A stretch of DNA of 62,000 bases from Vicugna vicugna. Lineage: Eukaryota. Below, in pieces: positions 38,994 through 49,810 of the stretch. A model generated the notes under the pieces. The model was given only the letters and a program-made list of their open reading frames with translations. It ran no database searches and was not told the DNA's origin. The DNA lies in assembly GCA_013265495.1 (NCBI GenBank), contig MU058103.1:310001-372000 (forward strand), in the 5' to 3' direction. Every line of letters starts with the position of its first letter. Within the stretch, counting starts at the first letter, position 1. Position numbers and translations under genes: made by a program.

Positions 38994-41059
38994 CAGTTAG
39001 AAAGCATACTAGTTATGCCAAAAATAAAATTACTTTAAAATGGAGAAGGGATAGTAGAGACAAATAACGTGACCAATGAATTCAGTAACTGACTCAAAAA
39101 ATTCACTGCTATGACTTCTGCTTCATTGCAGAAAAGTCCAGTTATGGAAATTGAGGTGAGGAAGCAGAAACTTGTGCTGTGAGAAGTTAAATGGGTGATT
39201 CAGGATGAATCAATTTGTTCATAGACAACCTGTGAGATTACTGTCTCTGCAATGCATAGGTCTTTTACCAAATTTGCAAAAGTGCCCCCTTGGAGGCTGA
39301 TCCACTTGGCAATCTGGCAAGATTTTCATCTGTTTGCCCCCCTCTGCTGGGGCACCTTTCAGGGGCACACTATTTGAATATCCACGTATGACAGCCCTTG
39401 GGGAGATCTTTGCTAGGTATATCAATTCTCCATCTGCCCTCAGTTGTTTATGGTCAAGTAAATTTTACCACCATTGTTAGTAGGAGCACTAAACATTATG
39501 TAACCACCTGTTTAGCTGCCTTGATCATAGAAGTTTCAGCTCGTGACTTCTGGTATAAGATCCAACTTTGTTCCGTAGGTAACATATTATAGAAACATCT
39601 AATATGCTAAACCAGGTCATGCGTTCATTCCCCTGAAGATGACTTGTCAACATCTTGTGCTTTCTTTGCGAAGTGTCATCCCACTACGTGGTATCATTAT
39701 GTCACGTGCTAGCTCTCAAGATGATAAAATCCTCCATCTTGATCACAGTGGTTGATAGTATGGGGATTTTTTTTTAATCATTCAGCCTTCACAACGTGCT
39801 CTTCTTGTCACTCCAGGCACAATAGAATGCAATAAAATGCTTAAAATTCTGTAGTGTCCAGTGCAGCCACAGTTACCTATCCTGAATCTTGCAAAATATA
39901 AGGAGTCATTGACAGTGAAAAAAGAAGACAGAAAAAAACTCAGTTCTGTTTTTCTTCTCTTGCTTCACATTTTCATTGCAGGTTCGCCATTGACTTCCCT
40001 TTTCTCTAGAAATATTTTGCAATGGCGACAGATAATTCTGACTTCTGGGGTTGAGGGGAAGGACATTCTTTCCGATTAATCCCTATATCTTCTTTTCTCT
40101 GCTCCTTCAGAGTCATATTGGGTCCTCCGTTTAGCTGTCAGCTCTCTAGGCCATGCCTAATTACCATGATGTTACATGTGTTTTGTGGGTAAACACAATT
40201 TCCAGTTTAGTTGGCTAATTTAATTGTGCCAAACCCAAGTTTCTAAATAGCCAATTACTTAGAAATGAAACCACTGATTTACTTTTGTTCAGGGACTCCC
40301 TAAGTATCGAAAGTCTTTCATTTTCTGCCTGTCATCTTACTTCCGCCGTTTGCTACTTTAGAGTAATCAGAGGACTGTGCTCACGAACAGAATCACAGCC
40401 TGCACTCCCATCTGTGTTGACTCAGAATTTGCGACAAGCAACCCATCCATGAAGAGTTAATTTGGAGGACCTCTGCTCCTGGGTTGAATGGAGATTTATT
40501 TGGTCTATGCAGATGAGAAAGTAGGCTTTTTTCTTAATATCAGATTCTTCTCAAATAAATTGTAGCTGATTTGTGAGGGGGCTGCACACAGCGATCTTGA
40601 GATTTTATTGTTTGCTGTGATATTTCTCAGCAAAGCAGATAAAATGCACTTCACAGAGCCGTCCCTGAGCAATTAGTGCCATTAACGCCTTCAGCAAGCA
40701 TATGGTCACAGTGGAGAGGAAATTAGCCCCATGCCACATTTCTATTGCTGTTTGTATACTTTTGGACACAGTTCATTAGTGTGCCTTTCTTTCAAATCTA
40801 TCTCCCTTAAAGAGGTTGTCTTGTGTGTTATCTTAATAGTCAATTATTTAGTGTCCCCCAGTGACTACCTTTCTAAGGATGATTGCCTTTCTGTCTACTT
40901 CTCCTCCAACATCTCCAGTTTATAATTATCGTGTACCAGATACTCCTCCCTGGATGTGCTGCTGGCCTCTCATCCTCAACCAATATTGAGCAGCATTCCA
41001 ATTTAATGGGAAAAATACCACAAAATGTGTTTTTATTATATTTTCAGAGACCATTTACC

Positions 41060-42010
41060 ACAAAGCTAATGAAGTATGTTTTTAGGCCCCTCACTTGCCT
41101 GGGTCCCTTTCAAGGTCTTGATTTTAATATAGCCATATATATATATATGTATAATTTACAGAAATAAAATAGTTTAACTACAGTCTCCTCTTGGGTCAGC
41201 TTTCTCTTTCACTCTACTGTTTTTTTTTCTGTTGTACTTCCTTTCTTGGCAGATGGTATTAGGACGTCCAAGAACAATTTGGGGATCTGACCAATGTAGA
41301 GGGCAAGATACGTTTAGTTTGTGTATAGTGGGATATGCTTATATGGTTCACAGTCGCATTCACGTAGAGGTAAAATTATTCCGATCCATCCCAGTGTCAG
41401 AAGAGCTCCCATAAATACTCCTACTGTCTGCTGGGCTGACTCAAAGGCAAAGAGGTTAAAATCATATTCTCAAATTGCCCTTTACAACCTAGGAGCAGAG
41501 ATATGTGGGTAGGGGAGAAGGCGGGAGGTTTGATATTACAGAGCTAGAAGCTAGGCTGTGAAAAATTCTCTCAGATATTACAAATCCTATATGAGAAAGA
41601 AATTGACATTTTTTTCTAATTTGACAACAATCTTGAAAATTTATATCACAATTTCCATAACAGTTTATAAAATGAAAAAATTTAACAGGTAAACTACACT
41701 ATCAGTGATAAAATAGAGAAAAGGATGACTGATTTATTTTTATAGAAAATTATAATTAGTGTCATATGAAGAGTTGATTAAAAAAAAACCTAAAAAACAA
41801 TAAAGTATTATGGAGCCCCCTTTTACAGATTTGGTGATTTTTGTAGTATTATTGATCGCAAAACTTAATTTGTTATAAAATGTGTTATTCCTTTCAAAAA
41901 TCTAAAACAAATCATTTTCAAGACCATTTTATGTTCATTAGTTTTATTCTATTTCTTAAAAATTCCCAAACACTGCCCAAGTTTTAGACCCTACAAGTCT
42001 GGATCCATCT
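41060..42010. mobile_element. Probable old hAT-Tip100 (Arthur/Zaphod-like) remnants
   Basis: ttaggcccctcacttgcctgggtccc near the left end; AT-rich transposase-like tail ttttctaatttgacaacaatcttgaaaatttat; terminus gaccctacaagtctggatccatc. Confidence 0.35.
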
Positions 42011-42689
42011 ATATTGTAAAATGATGGTTCTTTTATTTATTTTTTTATGTATTTTATTTTGGCCACCTCCCTGGTTCACCCAATTAAAGACGTACCCCCC
42101 AAGCCTGCCATGCGCTATCCCACTGCCCTGAGTTTTATTCCTTTTACATCCTCCTTAAACCCTGAAGGATCTTGTTAATGTATTTGCTTAGGTAATAGCC
42201 TGTTTTGTCCCACTCAGCCTCCTTAGAAGGCAGATTCTGAGATGGTAGGAGCCAAATCTGAATTGTTCACAAACAGAGCCCATAATGGTTCAACAGTTCA
42301 GTCAACAAACTGTGTATTAACCTCCTGCTATGTGCATTCTTTCAATAGATATTTGCAGAGGGCCTGTGTATGAGGCCCTTGGTCTTGGTACCTGCCTTAG
42401 TGAAACTGTGTGGAAGTGAATTATTAGCCCGGGGCAGGAAGTTTCCACAGGACGTCAGGCCAGATGCCAGACATTGGCCTTTCAGGGAAAACTGATAGGA
42501 CTAAGTGGAGAGTGGCAGGACAAAATGACAGCCTCTGGTTTGTTGCACCTGCTGCTCTCCAAAGCTTTGTCCTGGTGTGTGGCTGCTGAGAGTATAATCT
42601 CAGTGTTTCAAGTAGGGGAGGTAGGGTTCGGACTGGAGGTAAGGGGTAGGAGTGGAACGTGTAGGGGGAGGAGGGCAGTGCCAAGGCCA

Positions 42690-42830
42690 AGTTCTGCCCT
42701 TAATTCAGTGGGAGAAGTTTTCCCCTTTCTGGGCCTCAATTTCTTCTTCTGTAAAATGGGCATCCAGGACCCCCCCACCACCTTGCAGACTGGTGAAACA
42801 GATCTAAGCCAAAATGATGAGTTTTAGTCT
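42690..42830 (+). mobile_element. MIR fragment
   Basis: CCCTTTCTGGGCCTCAATTTCTTCTTCTGTAAAATGGG. Confidence 0.75.
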
Positions 42831-42847
42831 TTGTTTTCTAAAACAAT

Positions 42848-43000
42848 TCTTTTTTGTTGGTTTTTTCTTGTTTTGGAGCAGAGGTAATTAGGTTCATTTA
42901 TTTATTTATTTATTTATTTTGATGGAGGTACTGGAGATGGAACCCAGGACCTTGTACATGCTAAGCGTACACTCTACCACTGAGCTATATATACCCTCCC
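42848..43000 (-). mobile_element. tRNA-Ala(AGC)-derived SINE (camelid Vic-1-like)
   Basis: Reverse strand GGGAGGGTATATATAGCTCAGTGGTAGAGTGTACGCTTAGCATGTACAAGGTCCTGGGTTCCATCTCCAGTACCTCC + (AAAT)n + AACCTAATTACCTC; same family as 32018-32161. Confidence 0.85.
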
Positions 43001-43299
43001 TGCTGAAGGTTCTTTATATCTAGTTTTGTTTATTTGTTTTGTTTTGTTTTTCTGTGTGCTGTTTTATTTTTTAATAGCCTTTAAATAGTCTCGGTATTGA
43101 TCTCCCGAATCGTTAGTCCTGGTCAGCTATACCTCTGCAAACTCAGATATTCCTGTTTTTATACAAGTTCACCATCTCCATATTGTCTTCTATTTCATCC
43201 TTTCTTTTGCTTCTGCATACAGTACCTCTGTTGATTATGTGATTATGATGCATATATACCTTTGTCACTTTGTTATTATTTTGTTGTTGTTGTTTTTTA

Positions 43300-44030
43300 A
43301 TTTATGAATCACATGCCAAGCCCTCACAGTTCTACCTAAGACATTTTCACGTCTATACCCTCTCTCTCGTCCCAAACCACTGCCTCATATCCATAGCTTA
43401 TTTGCTCACATCTGGATTATTTCAAAGACTTACTAATGGGACCCCCAATCGTTAGCTTTTGTTTAAGTTTAAATCTGATCATATAAGCTTTCTGTTGAAA
43501 ATCCTTCTGTGATTTCAGATTTCCTACTGGTTACAGTCAACATCCTTTAGTGTGGCATGTAAGACTTTTGTTTGTACAACTTACATTTCTCCATGATTCC
43601 TGAGCTGCCACTTGGACCTGCCCACTTAAGCCATCCAGGAAACCTGCAATTTCTTAGTGTAGCTTGAGTTCTCCCAGGTCCAGTTTCCAGCTGTGTTCCA
43701 TTTTCCCTTCTGTGTATATCCTTCTTCACCCATGCTCCTGAACGCATATGAAAGTGGCCTTCTTTAGCAAATTCCTCTGGGTGCTACCCCCTGACTTCTC
43801 ACATCCCTATATTAGAGTGACTTGCTCTCCTTTCAACTCCAATAACTTTTTTCTGAACTTTGCTTATAAATCTTGGCATGTTTTGCTGTTTATTGTTCTG
43901 ACTTGCATTCATCATTAGTTTCCCTTTTTGGAGTTTTAATTTCTCGGTGGCGGAGTTTATAATCATCATGTTGCCTAGTTTTTTTGCTAATTGTAGATGC
44001 CCAGCAATTGCCTTCAGAGGAAATGCATAC
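43300..44030 (+). mobile_element. L2 fragment
   Basis: catctggattatttc..aaatctgatcat..ttgaaaatccttctgtgatttc..cctttagtgtggcatgtaagac. Confidence 0.6.
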
Positions 44031-44116
44031 TACTTAATCAATTACGTATATGTAACAATTTAGTGTGGAAATCAGCAAAAAAAAATAGTACCTTCTTTGG
44101 ATGCCATAGAGAGGTA

Positions 44117-45210
44117 CTTTTCTTCCTCAGCTTTATTGAGATATAACTGACAAATAAAATTTGGGCTTTTCTCACTCAACTTTATTCAGGTAAAATTGAT
44201 AAAATGTAATGGTACATATTTAAGATGTAAAACATTATGATTTAATATATGTTGACATTGTGAAATGATTACCCAATCAAGCTAATTAATAGACACATCA
44301 CCTCACATAGTTACCTGTGTGTGTGTGTGTGTGTGTGTGTGGTTAGAACACTCATGCTCTAATAGCTTAGCAAATTTAATGTAAACAATATAGTATTACT
44401 GACTGTAATCACTGTGCTATACAGTAGACCCCTGAACTTATTCATGTTATAATCAGAAGTTTGTACCCTTTGACCAATGTCTCATTTTCCACACCACCCT
44501 CAGTCTGTGTGAACCACTGATTTACTCTCTGCTTCTATGAGTTTGACTTTTTTAGATTCCACATATCAGTGAGATCACAGTGTATTTGTCATTCTGTGTC
44601 TGGCTTATTTTACTTAACATATGTCCTCTAAGTTCATCCATTTTGTGGCAAATGGCAGGATTTCCTTCTTTTTTAAGGCTGGATAATATTCCACTGTGTG
44701 TGTGTGTGTATGTGTGTGTATCACATTCTCTTTATTAATAGAAACTTAAGTTGTTCCCATGTCTTGGCTATTGTGAATAGTGCTTCAGTGAAGATGAGAG
44801 TACACATATGTTGTATGGCAAGCACTCAAGGCCCAGCGCGCTCACAGATTCGGGCAGACTGAAGAACACTCGTGGACCCGTAGGTATCTCTGACATGCCT
44901 TTATTGCAGAAGAGTACAAAGGCTTCAGTGGCACTGTAGACGGAAAGTCCTGTCTGCCTTACATTTCAAGGCATACTAAGCCAGCATCTAGCATCTGTGA
45001 TAGGAGCTAACCAGTATGCTTGTGTGGTGCAAGTCATGCTTGTACAGCACTACATGGACACTGCACATGCAGGATAATGCAACCGAGTTGAGTCACTGGG
45101 CACCAGATGTCTGGCAAAGGAGCCTGAGTGACTCCATTTTCCCAAATGTGTGTTAGAGATACTGATTTCATTTCCTTTGGATATACATCCAGAAGTGTGA
45201 TAGTTGGTCT
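44117..45210 (-). mobile_element. L1 (L1MA-type) 3' segment: non-inverted part of a twin-primed insertion
   Basis: ctttattgagatataactgaca..tttagattccacatatcagtgagatcacagtgtatttgtc..ggatatacatccagaagtg; contains (TG)n at ~44316-44341 and a nested LTR. Confidence 0.9.
44812..45146 (-). mobile_element. Solo ERV LTR nested in L1
   Basis: Interrupts colinear L1 sequence. Minus strand starts T(T)TGGGAAAATGGAGTC and ends GCCATACA; AATAAA on minus near 44899-44904; 5-bp TSD TATGT / TGTGT. Confidence 0.75.
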
Positions 45211-46365
45211 CTATGAAAACTGTAAGACAATTTACTGATGAAAGTAACTGAAGAAAACACACATAAATGGAAAGTATCCTGTATTCTTGCTTTGGAAGAG
45301 TTAATATTGTTAAAATATCAATACTACTCAAAGAAATCTACAGACTGACCTGCAGTCCCAGTGAAAATTCCAGAGGCATTTTTCACAGAAATACAAAAAA
45401 GAAAAAAATCCCAAAATTTAAATGGAACCAAAAAAGACCCTGGATAGCCAGAGCAATCTTGTGATAGAACAAAGCTGTAGGCATAACACTCCCTGATTTC
45501 AAATCACACTACAAAGCTATTGTAATCAAAACAGCATTGTCCTGGCATTAAAACAGATACATAGACAAATAGAAACAACAGAAAGACTTGAAATAAACCC
45601 ACACATACACAGTCAACTAATCTTTGACAAGCGCACCAAAGGATAGTCTCTTTAATAAACAATATTGGGAAAAATGTATACCCACATGCAAAATAATGAA
45701 ATCAGACTCTTAAGCCACACAGAAAAATTAATCAAAATCGATTAAAGACTTAATTGTAAGAGCTGTAACCATAAAACTGCTAGAACAAAATATGGGGACA
45801 AAGCTCACTGACATGGGTCTTGGTAGTATTTTTTGATATATAACATCAAAAGCACAGGCCACAAAAATAAACAAGTGGGACCATATCAAACTAAGAAGCT
45901 TCTGCACAGGAAAGAAAACAATCAACAAAATAGGAGGCAACCTATAAAACAGGGTGAAGATGTTTGAAAAACCATATATCTGATCAGGGGTTAATATCCA
46001 AAATGTATGTGGAACTTCTATAGCTCAGTGGGAAAAACAAACCAAATAACAACAAAAAAAAATCAAATAACCTGATTAAAAAGTGGGCAAAGAACTTGAA
46101 TAGACATTTTTCCAAAGAACACCTACATTGGCGAACAGGTATACGAAAAGGCTTAACATCACTAATATCAGAAAAAATGCCCATCAAAACCAAAATGAAT
46201 GATCTCCTCACACCTGTTAGGATGGCTATTATCAAAAAGACAAACAATAACAAGTACTGGTGAGATTGTGAAGAAAAGGGGATGCCTCTACACTGTTGGG
46301 AGTTTGAATTGGTACAGTCACTATGGAAAGAATTGTGGAGGTCCATCAAAAAATTAAAAATAGGA
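45211..46365 (+). mobile_element. L1 ORF2 3' half (disrupted): inverted part of the twin-primed insertion
   Basis: Translates to L1 ORF2 pieces (GRVNIVKISILLKEIYR..IPKFKWNQKRPWIARAIL) with many stops and frameshifts. Confidence 0.9.
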
Positions 46366-47089
46366 AGGTTTTTAATGGCAATATGAAGTCTTCTTAGAAA
46401 ATTGGTTTTCTAACAATATTTGGACACATTTCTGGTGTATTTCTATTTAGATGATTTGCTATCAGAAACATTCAGTTTACATAATTTTAAAAAAATCTAT
46501 TATCTCATTTGAGACTCCTCCAAGAATCCTATGTGTTAAATGTAATGTCCAATTTTATATATGAGAAGTTTAGAGATTTATCAAAAATTTATCAAAAAGT
46601 AGAATCAGTAAGGGGTCAAAATCTCTACATTTGGGCACCAAATTTCTGTTTTGTTCTCCTTAGTATGATATTTGCTATAATCCTCAGAATTTTCTCTTTG
46701 TGCCATTTTTATGTAAAGCTATGCTCCTTCCTTCCTTTGTTTTTCTTCCTTCTTTTCTTCCTTCCTCTAAGTATTTATAATTCATTGATATTTACAAAGA
46801 CTCTCATATTCAACATATTTAATCCCCATGATGATCCTATGTGAGGAAATTTTATATTGAGGAAACTGTGTCTTCCTTATTTTAATTAACTGAATCAGAA
46901 TCACACTGATAAGAATTATTGTAATCTCTTCTTGGATCTGAATTTCTTAACTATGAATAGTGTGCTGTTTCCACCAAATTCGTTGTCACTTCTAAGGTGG
47001 AAGAAATAACTCTGTTATCTATTCTTTCAGTAAATATTTATGATCTGCCATAAACCTGACACTGTGATGGATGTGCAGTTTATATGGAT

Positions 47090-48260
47090 ATACATATAGG
47101 GTCACAAATACAAAAGCTTTTTTTTTAATAAGTGGAAGTGAGATCAAGAGAGAAAAATGCTCAAATAAGTAAAATATAGAATAAAAAGGGGGAATTAGTA
47201 AAGACAAAACAGAAATTTAAATACAGTTCAGTAATAATGCTGTAAAAATATATGCCAGATACATGTTTGATATTTGAAATTTGACTTTGAAAAAGCCTAG
47301 ACAAAATGAATATATTCTCAAAGATATATGTAATGCTTAAACTGACACAACTAGAAATTCAAAATTTGAATAGACTAATAACCATTAAAATGTTTGAAAA
47401 CATCATCAAGTATCTCAACAATCCCCACCCTAAAGGAAAACATTTAGTTTCAGTAATGTTATAGTAGAGTTCCAAGAAAACTTTTTAAGGAGATAAGTTT
47501 ATACAATCTGTTTCATAATATAAAAATTAAGCAAAGGCTATTAAGTTTTTCATAAGGGTGGCATAACCTTGTTTCCATAATAGAATAATTATAGTATATA
47601 AAAAGAAAAGTGTAGTCTTATTTCATTTAATTATATTACATCTGTGTATGAAAAATAGTTTTTCCCCAGAAACGCAAAGCATTTTTAATATCACAAAATC
47701 TATGAACATGAATAACCATTTTAATTAACTAAAAGAGAAAAATCACCAATGAATATACCACTAGATGTGGCAAAAGTATTTGATCAGCTTGTTACTTATT
47801 TTTATTGGGATAGTTTTTACTGCTATTAATGAGCTATAACTTTCTTAACTCAATCAAGGATATATATCAAAACATAGTAAAAATAAAATTCAGTAGATAA
47901 ACTGACTTACTCCCTTTAAGATCATGATGGAAAGAAGCCTGTTATGCTGTTACCAGAAATTTTTACCACTTTGATAAGGAAAGCAAAAGGTATAAAAGGT
48001 ATAAGGATGGAAAGTAAAGAGATAAAACTCCTGTTGCACATGGTATTCCCTATCAGAGAAATCAAAGAGAATCTACTTATATAACATTATTACTACTGAG
48101 AAGAGTTAGCAAGATGTTCAAATACAAGATACTAAAAAATCGATTTCTTTATCCTCATCAAATATAAACAGTTTCAAAAAAGTTTCAAGGGGGGAAAAAG
48201 GATATTGCTTGAAATATCAACTAAGCTATAAATTACTTAATAATTATCCTGGCGAGGACT
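47090..48260 (+). mobile_element. Old L1 ORF2 (RT region) remnant
   Basis: aaaatttgaatagactaataaccatta..agatgtggcaaaagtatttgat..ttcttaactcaatcaaggatatatatcaaaac..agagttagcaagatgttcaaatacaagat. Confidence 0.7.
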
Positions 48261-49421
48261 GTATATTGGGGGTAATATTAGATGGAGATAATCTAGGTGT
48301 CTTGTGCTGGGGAATAAATAATTATGGAAGACATTGACTATGTAATACAATGCTGGCACTGAGAAACAACTAGGAAGACAAACAGTAACATAGTGTTGGG
48401 CAAATATAAATAATCAAATGAAATATATAGCATAATGTTTTTTATGTAATGAAAAATATATATCTAAGAAATCAGCCAAAAACATATATTAAACTTATTA
48501 GATCAGGTGCCTATGGTGGAGATGATAGGAATGGGAGTGAGTATCAGAGATAAGAGGAAGAGAGACAAACCACGAAAGTATAAAAATAGTAATATACTTC
48601 TATAAATCAGTGATGATTGCGAACTATAAATTGAGTTTCATGATGAATTGAATTCATTGCATCTGAGTTCTGAATATAGGAAAAAAACACAAAAATTCCT
48701 AGAAAATCCCTCTAGGTGTTTAATGATTAGAATGCAACAAGGAACATCACAGTCATCAAATACACCATCTTCTTATTTAACAGATGAGAAGATTTAGCCC
48801 CAAAGGATTTCAGTCAGTTGTCAAGGTCCTGCATTGTTAATAATCAGTCTTTCGTTCCCAGGTGTGCTCTCTTGTCTGTCCTGTGTGAACTTTCTGATTG
48901 AGAAATGCTCTCCCCATGAGAGAGCCATCCCTTGGTACCCTCAATGAATTTACATTTTCAACTTCATTTAATAAAATTCCGCCCATCTGAGTTATCTGAT
49001 TCCTCCATACTGCAGAGGGTTCAGTTAAGATAGTACAATATTTTTTAAAAACTGTCTGAAACAAAAAGAAATGCATGAGCAAGTATGGGACAGATCAATT
49101 ATCTCATGAAAACAACCCTGTTAATCACTCAAATGGAAACAATAAAAATTCTAGGAATTTTTTTTTTTTCTGAATTGGGTCTCGTGGAGAAGTGGTTTTA
49201 ATCTACACAGGCCCTTTGTAGCCAAAGCCCACATGTCTTTGAACTAGTTTACTTTTAAAGACTGCATGTGTCTTGCAGCCAGTATTTGGAGTACCATCAC
49301 AACTTGTCACCCGTTACAGGTTCTAAGCCGTTATTGTCTATTTTCCTTAAAGAAAAGAAAAGAAAACAAAAATGTATCAATTACTGATTCAGCAGTTAAT
49401 TTTAATGAGAACTACTCTTTT

Positions 49422-49619
49422 TGTTTTGAATTTTCAATTTTTTTAAGTGAAGTATAGTCAGTCTACAATGTGTCAATTTCTGGTGTACAGCATGTTTCAG
49501 TCATACACATACATGTATTTGTTTTTATATTCTTTTTCATTGTAGCTTAGTACAAGATATTGAATATAGTTTCCTGTGCTGTACAGTACAAACTTGTTGT
49601 TTATCTGTTTCATATATTG
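49422..49619 (-). mobile_element. Short young L1 3' end
   Basis: TGAAGTATAGTCAGTCTACAATGTGTCAATTTCTGGTGTACAGCA; TACTCTTT on both sides as a probable TSD. Confidence 0.85.
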
Positions 49620-49689
49620 TACTCTTTATTCAGCACTTCAACTGTTTCAGCGATTTTAATAAACATAATGTGAAATCATAATGATCATT

Positions 49690-49810
49690 GGACAGATGAG
49701 AAAAATGAGGCTCAGGGCACGTTAGTTACCTGCCCATCATTAGATGAATTAGTGATGGAGTTAGACCTTCCACCCAAATCCAAAGCCTTACTCTACACCA
49801 CACTATGATA
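49690..49810 (-). mobile_element. MIR fragment
   Basis: ACAGATGAGAAAAATGAGGCTCAG..TTACCTGCCCA. Confidence 0.7.

Larger units (their letters stand above)
36780..40740. promoter_or_regulatory. Candidate enhancer zone (E-box/HRE, CTCF-like, NFI-like and AP-1 motifs; retained CpGs)
   Basis: CACGTG at 36831, 36900, 38973, 39703; further ACGTG/CACGT at 36887, 38436, 39066, 39383, 39685, 39793; repeat-poor from ~38800 to 40740. Motif evidence only. Confidence 0.35.

Noticed and set aside
46018..46032. TATAGCTCAGTGG, resembling a tRNA A-box
   Set aside because: Lies inside colinear L1 ORF2 sequence with no B-box or cloverleaf.
45267..46349. Several ORFs on both strands
   Set aside because: Sense and antisense frames of a disrupted L1 ORF2.
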